Below the pieces are notes generated by a model. That model had not been told where the DNA came from. It worked only from the letters and a program-made list of their open reading frames with translations, and did not search any database. A stretch of DNA of 64,000 bases from Cycas panzhihuaensis (taxonomy: Eukaryota > Plantae > Cycadophyta), in NCBI GenBank assembly GCA_023213395.1, contig CM041465.1, forward strand, positions 132,563,741 to 132,627,740, given 5' to 3'. Each line of letters starts with the position of its first letter. Position 1 is the first letter of the stretch. Positions 40,320-52,752 of the stretch are shown one piece after another. The translations under genes were made by a program, and so were the position numbers.

Positions 40320-43300
40320 TGAAGACTCAATAAATACCATCACACCAGTAAGGCCTATACAAATAGCCAAGACATTGGGCTAACCCACCATTGATTGACT
40401 TTGGTATTTAAAAATATCATTTAAAATAAATTATAAAGTAATATATACTTGATAGCTAAGTCGACTAATGTCAACTACTGGTAGTCCTGTGGTGTTCTAA
40501 TGTGGCATGCACCCTTAATAATAAAATAAATAAATATTATAACTAACATTCTCTCCCATAATATTCATTTTGTATAACTCCAAGCTTTTCTTTGAATTTA
40601 TGAAATTTGATTTTACGAAGAGCCTTTGTGAAGATGTTAGCCACTTGTTCATTCGTGTTGTAATAAACTAATTCAATCTCTCCTGCTTATATTAATTATA
40701 TGATAAAGTGATGTTATGTTTCAATATACTTCCTTCATTCATGAAACACTGGATTGCATGTCATTTAAATTATACTCTAATTGTCACATACCATGTATGT
40801 AGGTCCATCCTATTTCATTTGTAAGTCATGGAGTAACTCATGTAACCAAACTATTTCACATGCTCCAGCTCCTGCTGCTTTATACTATGATTCTGTAGTA
40901 GACAAGGAAACCATATTTTACTTTTTAGTACTCTAAGCAATTGAAGTTGATCCTATATTAAAAGTATAACTAGATGTGGATTTCTTATCATCAATACAAC
41001 CTACCCAATCTGAATTGATATAGTTAATCAACCTCAAGTTTGTTAAGGACTTATATTATCAATAAATCCATTTTATTAAAATTTCATCTTATAAACCTAT
41101 TTGGTGCTAATTGTTGATTTATTTAGAGAGAGATCAACTAGTTCCCATATGCCATTCTTGGATGAAGCATTATACTCCTCCTGCATTACATTTTACTATT
41201 CTTGTTTAGCATTAGCCTCTTCAAAAGTATGAGGCTCATGTGAGTCTATGACTTGGCTCATTAGGGTAAAGTTGATCCTATTGGAATGTGTGGATCTCCT
41301 TTCAAAATTATTATCAAGCATATTAAATGGGTCATGTTGTCTTTATACCTATTTTGGAACATTTTGACTGGATGAGAAAGGTCCAGCCTTATTAGGACTT
41401 GAGTAATTTTGAGTTGGCATATTTGAAGGCAAATTTGTTAATGTAGGACATGAATCAAACTCCACTATGATGTTCTTCCCTTTGTCTTTTTCAATCTCTG
41501 CTTTATAATAATCATCCTCTTTGGAGACAACATCTCTACTCAAGATTATCTTCTTTTCTTTGGGATCAAATAACTTACAGGATCTAATTAAATCACAATA
41601 TCCTATAAATATATACTTGGTACTTTTATCATGTAATTTCATTCTCTTTTACTTAGGTATATGAGTGAATGTTAGGCAACCAAAGATTTTCAATTAGTGA
41701 ATACTTGGCTTACGTCTTGTCTAAGCTTCTTTAGGTATAACCCACCTTAGTGCCTTAGTAATATACCTATTTAATAGATAGATAGTTGTGTATATGACTT
41801 TCACCCAAAACTCATGCCCAAGTTGCTTGTCCTAAAGCATATACCTAGCCATCTTAATAATGGTTCTATTATTCCTTTCAACTACTCCATTCTATTGTGG
41901 AGTGTATAGATTATTATGTTACCTCCTTAAGCCATTATGGATATAAAAATCTTTGAATTCATTCAAAGTGAATTCCCCCCCATTATCTAATTAAAGAGAG
42001 AGGATATGATGTTCACTTTACTTTTCCGTAAAGGATTTAAGTCAATAAAACATTGAGAAGCATCCAATTTGAACTTTAGGAAATATACCTAAGTTTTCCT
42101 TGTAAAGTCGTAAATGAATGTCATGAAATATTTAGCTCCTCCAAGTGAGGGTACATCCATAAGATCACACAAATCTATGTATATTAATTATAGAGGACCT
42201 TATGCTCTATAGTTATTATCTAGAAATCTCTCTCTATGTTACTTTCTAAGTAAGCACCCTTCACATATTTTTGTATTTCCTTCAATGGTAGGTAAGCCTT
42301 CAACCATCCCTATTATTTTCATTAAAGCCAAGCTACTATAGCTTAGATGGCAAGATTATTTATGCCAAGTGTTACTTTAAATTTGAATAGAGGCTTTTAA
42401 TGTATAGTTATCTATTGGAGGAATGCCTAGCTTAAACAATTAATCACTAGTCATTAGTCCCTTAGCTACAATAACTTTATTCAAACTTTTATCTCTGATT
42501 GTGCATTCACCATTATCAAAAGTGACCTTATAATCCTATTCCATCATCTATCCTACTAAAAGAAAATTCTTCTTCAAGGCAAGTATATATAGAATGTCAT
42601 CAATGTTCTGAGCTTAACCTGATTCTGTAATGATGGTAATATTACCCTTGAGTGTTGACTCATAAGAAGTGTTATCTCCAAACAAAATCTTTCCCATTTT
42701 GGTCTTGTTAATAGTCTTAAAAGTATCTTCCTTATATGGCATATAAGTTAAACATCCTAAATTTATATACTAGTTATCTTCTTCTTCATTAGCTATAAGA
42801 CTTTATAAGAAGAGTCTATCATTTTCTCCACTTTCAGTAATAGTATTCACACTCCCTCTTTATTGGTTTACATTCTTAACAAAATAACAATCCTCTATGT
42901 GTCCAATCTTATGGCAATATGAGTATTGAATGGGTGTTCTACTCCTTTGGCTATTACTTTTACTTCTAGAGGATCCTCCACCTCTAGCGGTTAATCTACC
43001 TCTTTCAAGGAATGTTGTTTGAATTTATCCTTGACAGCCTATATAATTTGGTCCTTGATAATATTAACTTGGTCTTGAATATCTTACTTATCCTTGATGA
43101 TAATTATGTCCATAACAATAATGATTCTATTCTTATATTCTACCTTGATTATTGAAATTATTCCTTCCTTGGTATCTTAGATTTGGTGATTGATTTCTTT
43201 GAGGAGGTTCTTGATAATATTGCCTTAATTCTTGGTGTCTAGGACTGGACTCTTGATATGTTCTTTGGTTCCTAGAATTTGATTCTTGATATGATCTTTG

Positions 43301-45547
43301 GTTCCTTTCTCCTCTTCTAGGGGATATATCCCTCCCCCTAGAACTTTATCCTTGGCTACTTTGCTTAATTCTTCCCTTTATGGCAAAGGTATGTTCTAAA
43401 GTTTCTTGTCATTCTTTCTTCTCTTCTACAACAAGGAGCATCACACTCAATTACTTGATCTCAAGGGTACTTAAGTCCTTTGAAACTTTGATACTTGTAA
43501 CTACCATTTCAAAATGCTTAACTTCTTTAACACGTCTTAATATTCTCTCCATAACTATTTACTCAATTGATACTTCTCCAAGGGATCTTCTTTGGTTGAC
43601 TAGGTCTTAGACCCTTGGTAATTAATTCATTAATACTCTCTCTTGGTGACATCTTCAAATTTTTTAACTTGCTTCTAAGGATTTAAAGCTTGGTTGAGGC
43701 AACTCCTTCATAAATAAACTTTAGTGTGTACTAAGTCTCCTTTGATATCGTAGCTTCGCTCACCCTAGGAAATATATAGTCTTTTAAAGCATAGAAAATA
43801 AGTGTTAGGGCTTTATTGTCCTTCTTAACACATTCTTTATAAACTATTTTGTCATCTAAGGTGGCATTTTGTCCAAGTTTGTCAAATTCTTCCTTAAAAA
43901 TTTTCCATATATCTTTGGCTATGAAAATGCGTTTCATCCTCTTGCTCTAATTAAAGAAATTTATTCCATCAAATTTGGGAATAATCATGTTTCTAAGTGT
44001 TATTGCCATTATAATTTAACTATATTTTAATGTCCCCTAAAAAGTTTTAAATTTATATATATCCTATCTACCTAGGGGGTTTCTAATCTAGAGTATTGTG
44101 TCATTAAGGTCTCTAAGGAAAGCTTTTGGTTGATATCATATCTAATGGTACCTGCCCACAAGTGGCAAACTAGGGACCTAATATACTGATACATGAGCTC
44201 AAGGCTTGATATATCTCAGTACATGGGCTACAAAGAAGGTCAAAGACCCCCTAAATTTTTTGGTCCACTTGCACTGGTCTTATGCCTAACAATAGATCTA
44301 AGATTAAGATCTTGACTAACCAAGGCACTCACAGCCTCCAAGTCTAGTTTGGTCTCCAAACTCTAAAGGAAAAAGGTTCTCCACCTCGGCCTGCTACTGA
44401 ATACACTTGATAGCTAATGGTTTTCTCAACAACTTAGAGTACACTAAAGTTATGTACAGGGTGCTAACTTTAGGGGTCTTAACTATTTTCCTTATAAGGC
44501 TAAAAAATAAGGGTGGTCTATTCGAGGGTTATCCTATTAATGGAAAAAATTTAATCTTAGATGTAGTCTTCTTTACAAGCAATATTTACTTTTATAAATA
44601 ATTAAAAAACCTTGAAATATTTATAATGAAATGAAATGAAACCAACTTAAATAAAATGTAAATAAGTTAAATAACACTAAATGAAATAAATTAAAATGGT
44701 AAAAGGGTCTAGAATGTTCTTTGTTTGTAAGAAATTAACCTAAATCATTTGCTTCCCTTTCAAAATTAAACTTATAACAAATCAACCAAAAAGCATTTAT
44801 AAGCTTGAATAATGAGCTAAAAACTATTATCAATAGTTAGTATAGTAATATATCATTAATATCCTTAAATAAATTTAAAAATTTACTTTTAAAAATAATG
44901 AGAAATGTTAAAATAAGGACTAATTAGATAGGTCAACTTTAGTAGCTTTAAAAACCTACAAAACAACTTTAAAATAATGTTAAACTGATTTTAAAATGTA
45001 GAGCTCTAAGTAATCTTTCCAATGGTTTAAATCATTTGAAAAATAAACTCCTAGTTCAAAAGTTACTAAGAAAATAATATATACACTTTATTATGACTAA
45101 AAATCAAAAGAAGGGGTCCTTAAGCCCCTTAATAAGTTGGCCCCTGATCACTAATTTATTACATGTGACCACCTGTTGGGTGCGAAGGGGCTATAGATTC
45201 CAAAAATTATGAATTTTGGCTAAATTTTTTAAAATCTAAATTTATAAAATATAGCTTAATAGGTTTTCAAATTTTCCCCTATTTTTAAAAAATAAGGTCA
45301 TATAGGGCCTTAATGTGACCAACAACTAAATAGAAAAGGGAGCTAATGAATTTAAAATATTACAAATTGTAATTAAATGGTTCAAAAACTAAAATTATTA
45401 AAAAGGTTTTAATTTTATTTCAAGTCTACCCCTTTCATAAAAAATATATGGTCACGTGCAAGGTACATATGACCACTGATTGGCCAATAGAGGGGGCTAC
45501 AGATTTGAAATCTAATTATAGTCCAATTATATATATTTTTAAATTAT

Positions 45548-45591
<44 letters not shown>

Positions 45592-45754
45592 TACATATCA
45601 TGGAAAACTAAACGTATGTTAACAGGTGACTGATCATAGAGAGAAAATTTGATTAAATCGATCGACAATTTGATCAAAATAGGATGCAATTGATCTGATC
45701 GATTCAAGGCATTGAGATTATGAAAATACAATGCAATATTTCAATGTGTGTATA

Positions 45755-45806
<52 letters not shown>

Positions 45807-47538
45807 GAAAAAAAGGAGGAATTACTGTCTAAATCAATAAATTGTGTAAATCACTTGCAAAAATAATGTGAGATTCTTCACATTTAAGGACACTAAAGTA
45901 TAAAAGATAAATATAGCCAGTAGAGTCTCGAAATATATTTAACATCAATTATGGAAGACTAAAGATGTCACATTTATAGAAGAACAATAAAAGGCTTAGG
46001 TTGCCTTCCTCTGGCTAACAATTAGTGCAATAATCACTGGCTATGGAGCTCCTCTTTGAGCTAGTCTAGTTAAGCTATAAGAGGAAAATTTATCAACTAT
46101 GAACACAGATCCTTGGTATTTAACTTATCACTACTCTTACCCTCCTTTTGTAAAGAGTCTTGTAGCACTTGACTATACTAATAAAAAGGATTAGAGATGG
46201 TATTATCAAGGGAAAATCAGGTATAAAAGCACTTGTAGAGAAGCTCAATCTAAATCTGTCAAGTTTGATGGTAGCAGAAGGCACTATAGTAGCTAGATCA
46301 AACTTCCTCTCAGGGTCTACCTACTCAACAGAATTAAAGCTATGAGATCTCTAAGACACCTTTATGGTTTTGGCCAGATGCATTCACTAGATGACCTTAA
46401 AGATGCACTCAATGCAAGCTAAATAGATTTGTGTCAAGTATGAAGCTTCTATCTGCTGGAGATATATGAGGGGGAAAATTTTTGCCTTCCTTTAAAGCCT
46501 TTAAGCATGACTTGGGGCTTGATGCAAAGTAGCATATGTGATGCTTTGGATGATACGCAGAGAGGAGGAGCAAGGGTTGAAATTAGCAATCAATAAGGAA
46601 AGAGGGCCAAACAGTTACACATAGCTTGTATGGTCCAAAAATAGATCAAAAACATTAGATGAGTGGTCCAAATAGTCAACAAAAGAGAGGCGATGCTATC
46701 CAAGGTGCAACACTAAGAAAATATGAGGGTAAAATACTTTATTTTTTAACTAGGAAGTGAGGTTTTAGTAGACAAAGAGAGTGAGCCAACTTCCATCAGG
46801 AAAATCTGAGCATTGGTGTAATGGTTTTCCAAATCATCTATTTTGTTATGATCTAGATTCAACAAGGATCAAAATGAGTAGTTATATGCTTACATTTCAT
46901 CCATCCGTTGAAGAACACTAATCTACCAAAGTCTAATGATCTTTAAAAACCTAGAAAATAGGCTACAAAACTATTAAAAATGGATAAAATTTCTTTTGAA
47001 ACCTTAGTAAATCTCTTCCAAATCACCTCTAGGCTATAAATAGCTATAAATATTATAAAAAATAGTCAATAGGTGGAGTATATGACGCAATAATGTAATA
47101 TCACAAATGTATGAGTAATATTAATATGAAAACTATATAAAACTATTAAAAATATGAACAAATATTAGAAATATATTAATGATAGATTATTGTGATGCTA
47201 TTTAGGTCTAAAATCAATGTGCCCTAATACCAAATGAAGGCTCGAGGGTAGAGCAAAACATAGGACAATAAGGTATACATTATGAATAATCAAAAATCCA
47301 TATAACATTGGCAATGTTAAAGAACACTATTACGCCAAGAAGGTCTGTATAAATAGTCGGTATGTTGGGTAAGCCTGTGATTAACTAACTTTGGTATTCA
47401 AAAATACCATTTAAAATAAATTATAAAATAATACATACCTAACAACTAAGTTGGTTGATGTCAGCTGTTGGCGGTTGTAGGACATTCTAATACGGCATAC
47501 ACCCTTAATAATAAAATAAATGAATATTATAACTAATA
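40320..47538 (-). mobile_element. Ty1/copia element B (same family as A), both LTRs present, RT deleted, ~3.2-kb leader
   Basis: 5' LTR 47235-47538 and 3' LTR 40320-40548 (internal ~75-bp deletion). PBS at ~47222-47232, PPT at ~40550-40560, TSD GAAAG/GAAAT. gag AUG at 44009; gag and integrase homologous to A. Confidence 0.9.
45551..45801 (+). repeat. (AT)n and (TG)n(TA)n microsatellites flanking a ~155-bp spacer
   Basis: Seen directly in the sequence. Confidence 0.9.
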
Positions 47539-48449
47539 GAAATTAAAAAATCACATTGTAAATATTAAACAAAGAGAAATGGATGATCTATGGGGTATTT
47601 GCATTAGTAACATCATGGTAATCCATTGAAACACTAAATAGTCCAATATGAGACAGCATTCACTAAATATTATTATACATGAAGATGTGTTGAAGCATAA
47701 AGGGGATGCCATTATAGCAGACATAACTTATAGTTAAACAAAATGCCAATGCACAGGGAAACTTGGCATAATTCTCAAGGAAGCATAATATATATGTAAA
47801 TAGAGGACTAAAGCTCTAAAAATTGAATATGAAGTATATGCAAATGCCCATTAGATGTTGAAAATGCAAAAGCATACTTATACAAAGAAAATTGTTATTA
47901 AAAAAAGTAATCATAAAACTAATAACATTGGATTAATGATTTTGTGGAATATTCCCAATTCAAAATATATGACAAAGTTTAAATTTTGTTTTACTAATGT
48001 TTTAAAAAATAAAACTTTTTTTGATATTTTTTAAAGTTTGATAAGAAGCCCCCAAATAACTAGTACCTTAGTCATATGGAGTAAAAGGGGCTAAGGTTTT
48101 TTTAAGCTTATCCTATAACCATTTTAAAAAATAAAGAAATAGTAGTATGTATTTTTTTAAGCTCTTTAATTCTACCATGGTTACATCCACCACTTCTATA
48201 TAGTTTTTTAAAGAAAATTATAAACTTTAGCTTTTTAAGCTAATTATAGTTATATGCATGTAGATTAAGGAGGTAAGTAGGCACATTCTAACTACCTACA
48301 TGTAGACTAAAGATATTGGATAGAAATTTCATTATATTTATTATTATTATTTTGTTATTTATGGGGCTAGAAGAATGAGATAACAATCTCTACTTAGTTT
48401 TAGATTGCAGGTCAAGCTATGACCCAATAGAGGACTCTTTTATAATGAC

Positions 48450-51400
48450 AAGTAGGGGTGGTATAATGAGATCTATATAGAAAAACTAATTAGTTATGAT
48501 AATTATAGTATATGGAAACGTCAAATATTTAGCTTCCTCATTTTAAATGATTTATGGAAGTGTGTAAATAACTCTATCATAGGTAAATAGTTTCACAAAC
48601 TAGTGCTTTCACAATTGGACTAAAAGATGGTATAGAATTTTGAGTTGAGTATAAAATAAAAATGATAATCACTTCTAGCTTTTTTAGTCTATTAATTAGT
48701 GGTAGCCTCATCGTAAATATTAGAGGTGCCACTACCCCTAAGAAAATCTCAGATACCATCACCAATTTATTTAAACACAAAGATAATATGAGAGCCTTGA
48801 TGTTTAGAAGTCAATTGTATAATTTAAAATTTATGGGATTAATGATGGAGCATATAGAGTATGTCAAATCCATTTAGGATGAGTTGATCACTATTAAAGA
48901 GACCATACTAGAATCAAAGATAGTAACTAATATCTTGAGGGGTCTGCCTACTAATTATAAGAACTTCACCACCACCTTGACACTAATAGACAAACTATCT
49001 ACTATGACATTAGTTCCATGCAATCATTACTACACAAGCATGTGCAAGAGTTGAAGGACTTAAATAAGGAGTTGTCTAGAACACTAGAAGCTAGAATGAA
49101 GGAAAAGAAGTTATTTATTCCTAAGAAGAACACCTCCTCTAAATGTAATATTTATAAGGAAAAACCTAGAAATTTAAATGGGTAGTATAGATCGAAATAG
49201 TTTTATTATAGCAAGTTGGGGCATTTAAAAAAAGACTACTAGGAATTACATTGATAATAGTGTCAATAATAATAGTCATGGTATCAACCTCTATGAGAAT
49301 TCCAAGGGGAATTCTCATCTCAAACACAAATAACATCCACATATGTGACTGTCTTTTAGAGTTTTGCATAGGTAAATATACATTAAAAGCAAATGTTAAA
49401 GTGAAAAGTATAATAGCCTCAACTTTATTATCCAAATATACTAAATATTAAATTGAAATATCACTAATAATATATGTATAAAAGATACTAATCTTATAAT
49501 AAGTAAATGTAAGTCACTAGCTTCCTCTTCAAGGCAAGGCACCCTCCCAAAAGTAACTTATTTAAGTTAAAAAATATGGTAGATTTAAAGCCTGGATTAA
49601 TGTTTAATTCTTCATCCAAAAATCCCTATATATAGCTGGTGAGAATCTAATTAAAGAAGTCAACTAGAATAATGAAAATCATATAATGAAGTTAGCTAGA
49701 ATAATAATAAAAATTATAAATTCATCTAGAATAAATAGTAAAATCTACATAATGAAAAATGGACAATGAAGGCAACCAAAGTAAACAATAAAAACTACAT
49801 TATAAAAGTGGCCAGAATAAATAATGAAGACTACTTAATGAAGTTAGTCATCTGAAATAGGAATGTTACAACCTCGATAGTAGCAATAAAGACAAAAGCA
49901 TCCCATTATTCAAAGAGGATACATTTTATATATAGTAGGGAATATATCTATAGAGATAGGGAAGAAACTTTTCATTATTGTATTTAAAATATAATTTGAT
50001 ATATATGATGTTTGGTTTATTGATTCTAGTGCATTTAAGCACATGACCTCCCAATTGAAATGGTTCAAAGAGATGTGAGAAGTTAATCAAAAAGTCATCA
50101 TTAGAGATGATTCTAATCTAGAGGCAATTGGAATTAGAAATATACCCATAAAAATGACAAATAGAGAGAAGTGTTACTTGGAGAATGTACTTTAAGTACC
50201 TAATTTAATCATCAACCTTGTATCGGTGAATGGAATTGAATAATAAAATATAACTATTACATTTTCTTTAAGACGGTTCATAGCTTAAGATAGATAAATA
50301 AGATTGTATTTATGGGAATTAGAGATAATAATTTATATAAACTATAAGGTCATTCTAAAATACAAAGAGCCTTCCTTGTAGTATCTCTAAAATAGAATCT
50401 GTAACATGAAAGAATGAAACATTGGAACAACTTTGGTTTTTTGTTGATGTATAAGTTAATAATAATGTATGACCTTACTAAAATTAATGTTGAAGATTAC
50501 TTGTGTAAACCTTGCATTTTGAGCAAACAATATAGAGCTCCCTTTTCCAAGAAGAGAGCTTGGAGAGCCAAAGAAAAGCTTGGCTTGATACACTTAAATA
50601 TCTATGAACCAATACTAGTTGTATCACTTAAATGAGCTAAGTGTTTTCTCACTTTCATTTATGAATTTTCATAAAAAAATTGGGTTTACCCTTTGAATGA
50701 GAAATCTCAATCGTTTATATATTTTAAATAGTTTAATGGATGTCCAAAGAATTAAAGTGGATATAAGATCGAAATGTTATAAACTAATAATGGTAGAGAA
50801 TTCACTTTGAATGAGTTTAATCAATTTTACAAGGATCATGGAATCAAAAGACAATTTATTACTACCTTCACACCTTAGTTGAATAGAGTAGCTAAGTAGA
50901 TGAATAGGACTATGGCTAGAAAATCTAAGCCCATGTTGTAAATTACTTATGAGTTGAAGCTATAAACATAATTGTTTATCTGACTAATAAAAACACTTTG
51001 AACACTATCAGTAGCAAAACACTTAAGGAGACTTAGACTAATAAAAATGCAACTACATACCACTTGAGAATTTTTTTGTGTACAACATATATACATGCCT
51101 CAAAAAGGAAATGATAGAAGTTGAATAAGGAAAGCACTAAATACATATTTGGAGAATACTTTAAGGAGACTAAACCAAATAAAATCTTTAAGTTATTGAT
51201 TAAGAAAGTCCTCACAACTTGAGATATTATCTTCAATGAGGATGACATATTAGATTTGGGTTCAATTGACATTAAGGTATAGAATGATGAGTAGCTTAAT
51301 ACAACTCTTTATAGGACCTAATAAAGCTTAGTGTTGAATTATTTTATATTAGTGAAACATCATGGATAGAATCATTTGAATCTTAGGAGCCTGAGTTTGA

Positions 51401-52676
51401 GTCTAACCCTATAAAAATTCCCACATCTCTATCTTTATCTTCACAAAAGAAGTTGCCATCATGATACTTGAAAACTATGAAGAATGTTGATAAGTGATTA
51501 CCTAAGATAAAGGGCAAAAGAAAGTCTAAAATATAACCTTTTGAGTAGGTGAACTTTTCTCTTTTGAAATGAGTGTTAAGTGCATATGGACCTTCTACTA
51601 TTAAAGAGGCAATTAAAGAGTAAAAGTAGAATGATGCTATGAATACTAAAATCCAAGTAGTAAGGAAGAACTACACAAGGAATTTAGAAGAATTGTCCAT
51701 TAAGAAGTAAGTAATTGATTATAAATAGGCTTATAAGACCAAGTATAGTTCACATAAATCTATACATAAATACAAAACTAGACTTGTAACTAAAAGATCC
51801 AAGTAGCAAGAAGGAATAAAATACCAAGAGACATTTTCTCCAGTTATAAAAATAAACATTATTTGACTCATTATGGTCATGACTACTCAACTCAATTAAT
51901 AGCCTCACCAAATGAATATGAAAAGTATATCACTAAATTGAGACTTAACAAGAGAAGTTTATATGGAATAATGCCCTACTTTTATATGGGAAGGTTAGGA
52001 GCATTTAGTATGCTAAATTAGAAAGGCCTTATAGGGCCTGAAAAAAGTTTCAAAAGCCTAGTATAAGAAAATTAATTAGTACTTTTTAAAAAATGAATTT
52101 AATAAATCTCTAATTGACTTAGACCTATACATTAAAGTTTTAGATGATAAAGTTATATTTGTAATATTGTATGTTGATGACTTACTAATAAGAAGTAATT
52201 ACATCAATATGATATCAAACTTAAAGATAAATCTGAGTCATATCCTTAAGATGACAGATTTAGGAAAACTTCATTACTTCCTTAGAGTGGAAGTATGGTA
52301 AAGGCCTGGATGTGTTTTCATCTTGCAAGCAAAATATACTTGAAAAATTATAAAGAAATTTAGAATAAATGATTATAAGCCTACACCTACCCCTATGGAG
52401 ATAAGTTCTAAATTAATAACAGAAAATAGTAGAGTTGATGTTGATGATACATTATGTAGGTAATGGTTAATAGTCTTAATTACTTGATTACAACTAAGTT
52501 TGACATTTCATTTATAAGTAAAATAATTGAAGATAATATTTTATCTATAGGCTCCTTTCTATTATTATTATGAGGGTTATGTGTCAAATCTCTCTTTTAT
52601 GTAATTCTGATATGTGGCATACATGCATAAGCTCTAATATTTACACATGTTACATATGATGTATATATATACATAC

Positions 52677-52752
<76 letters not shown>

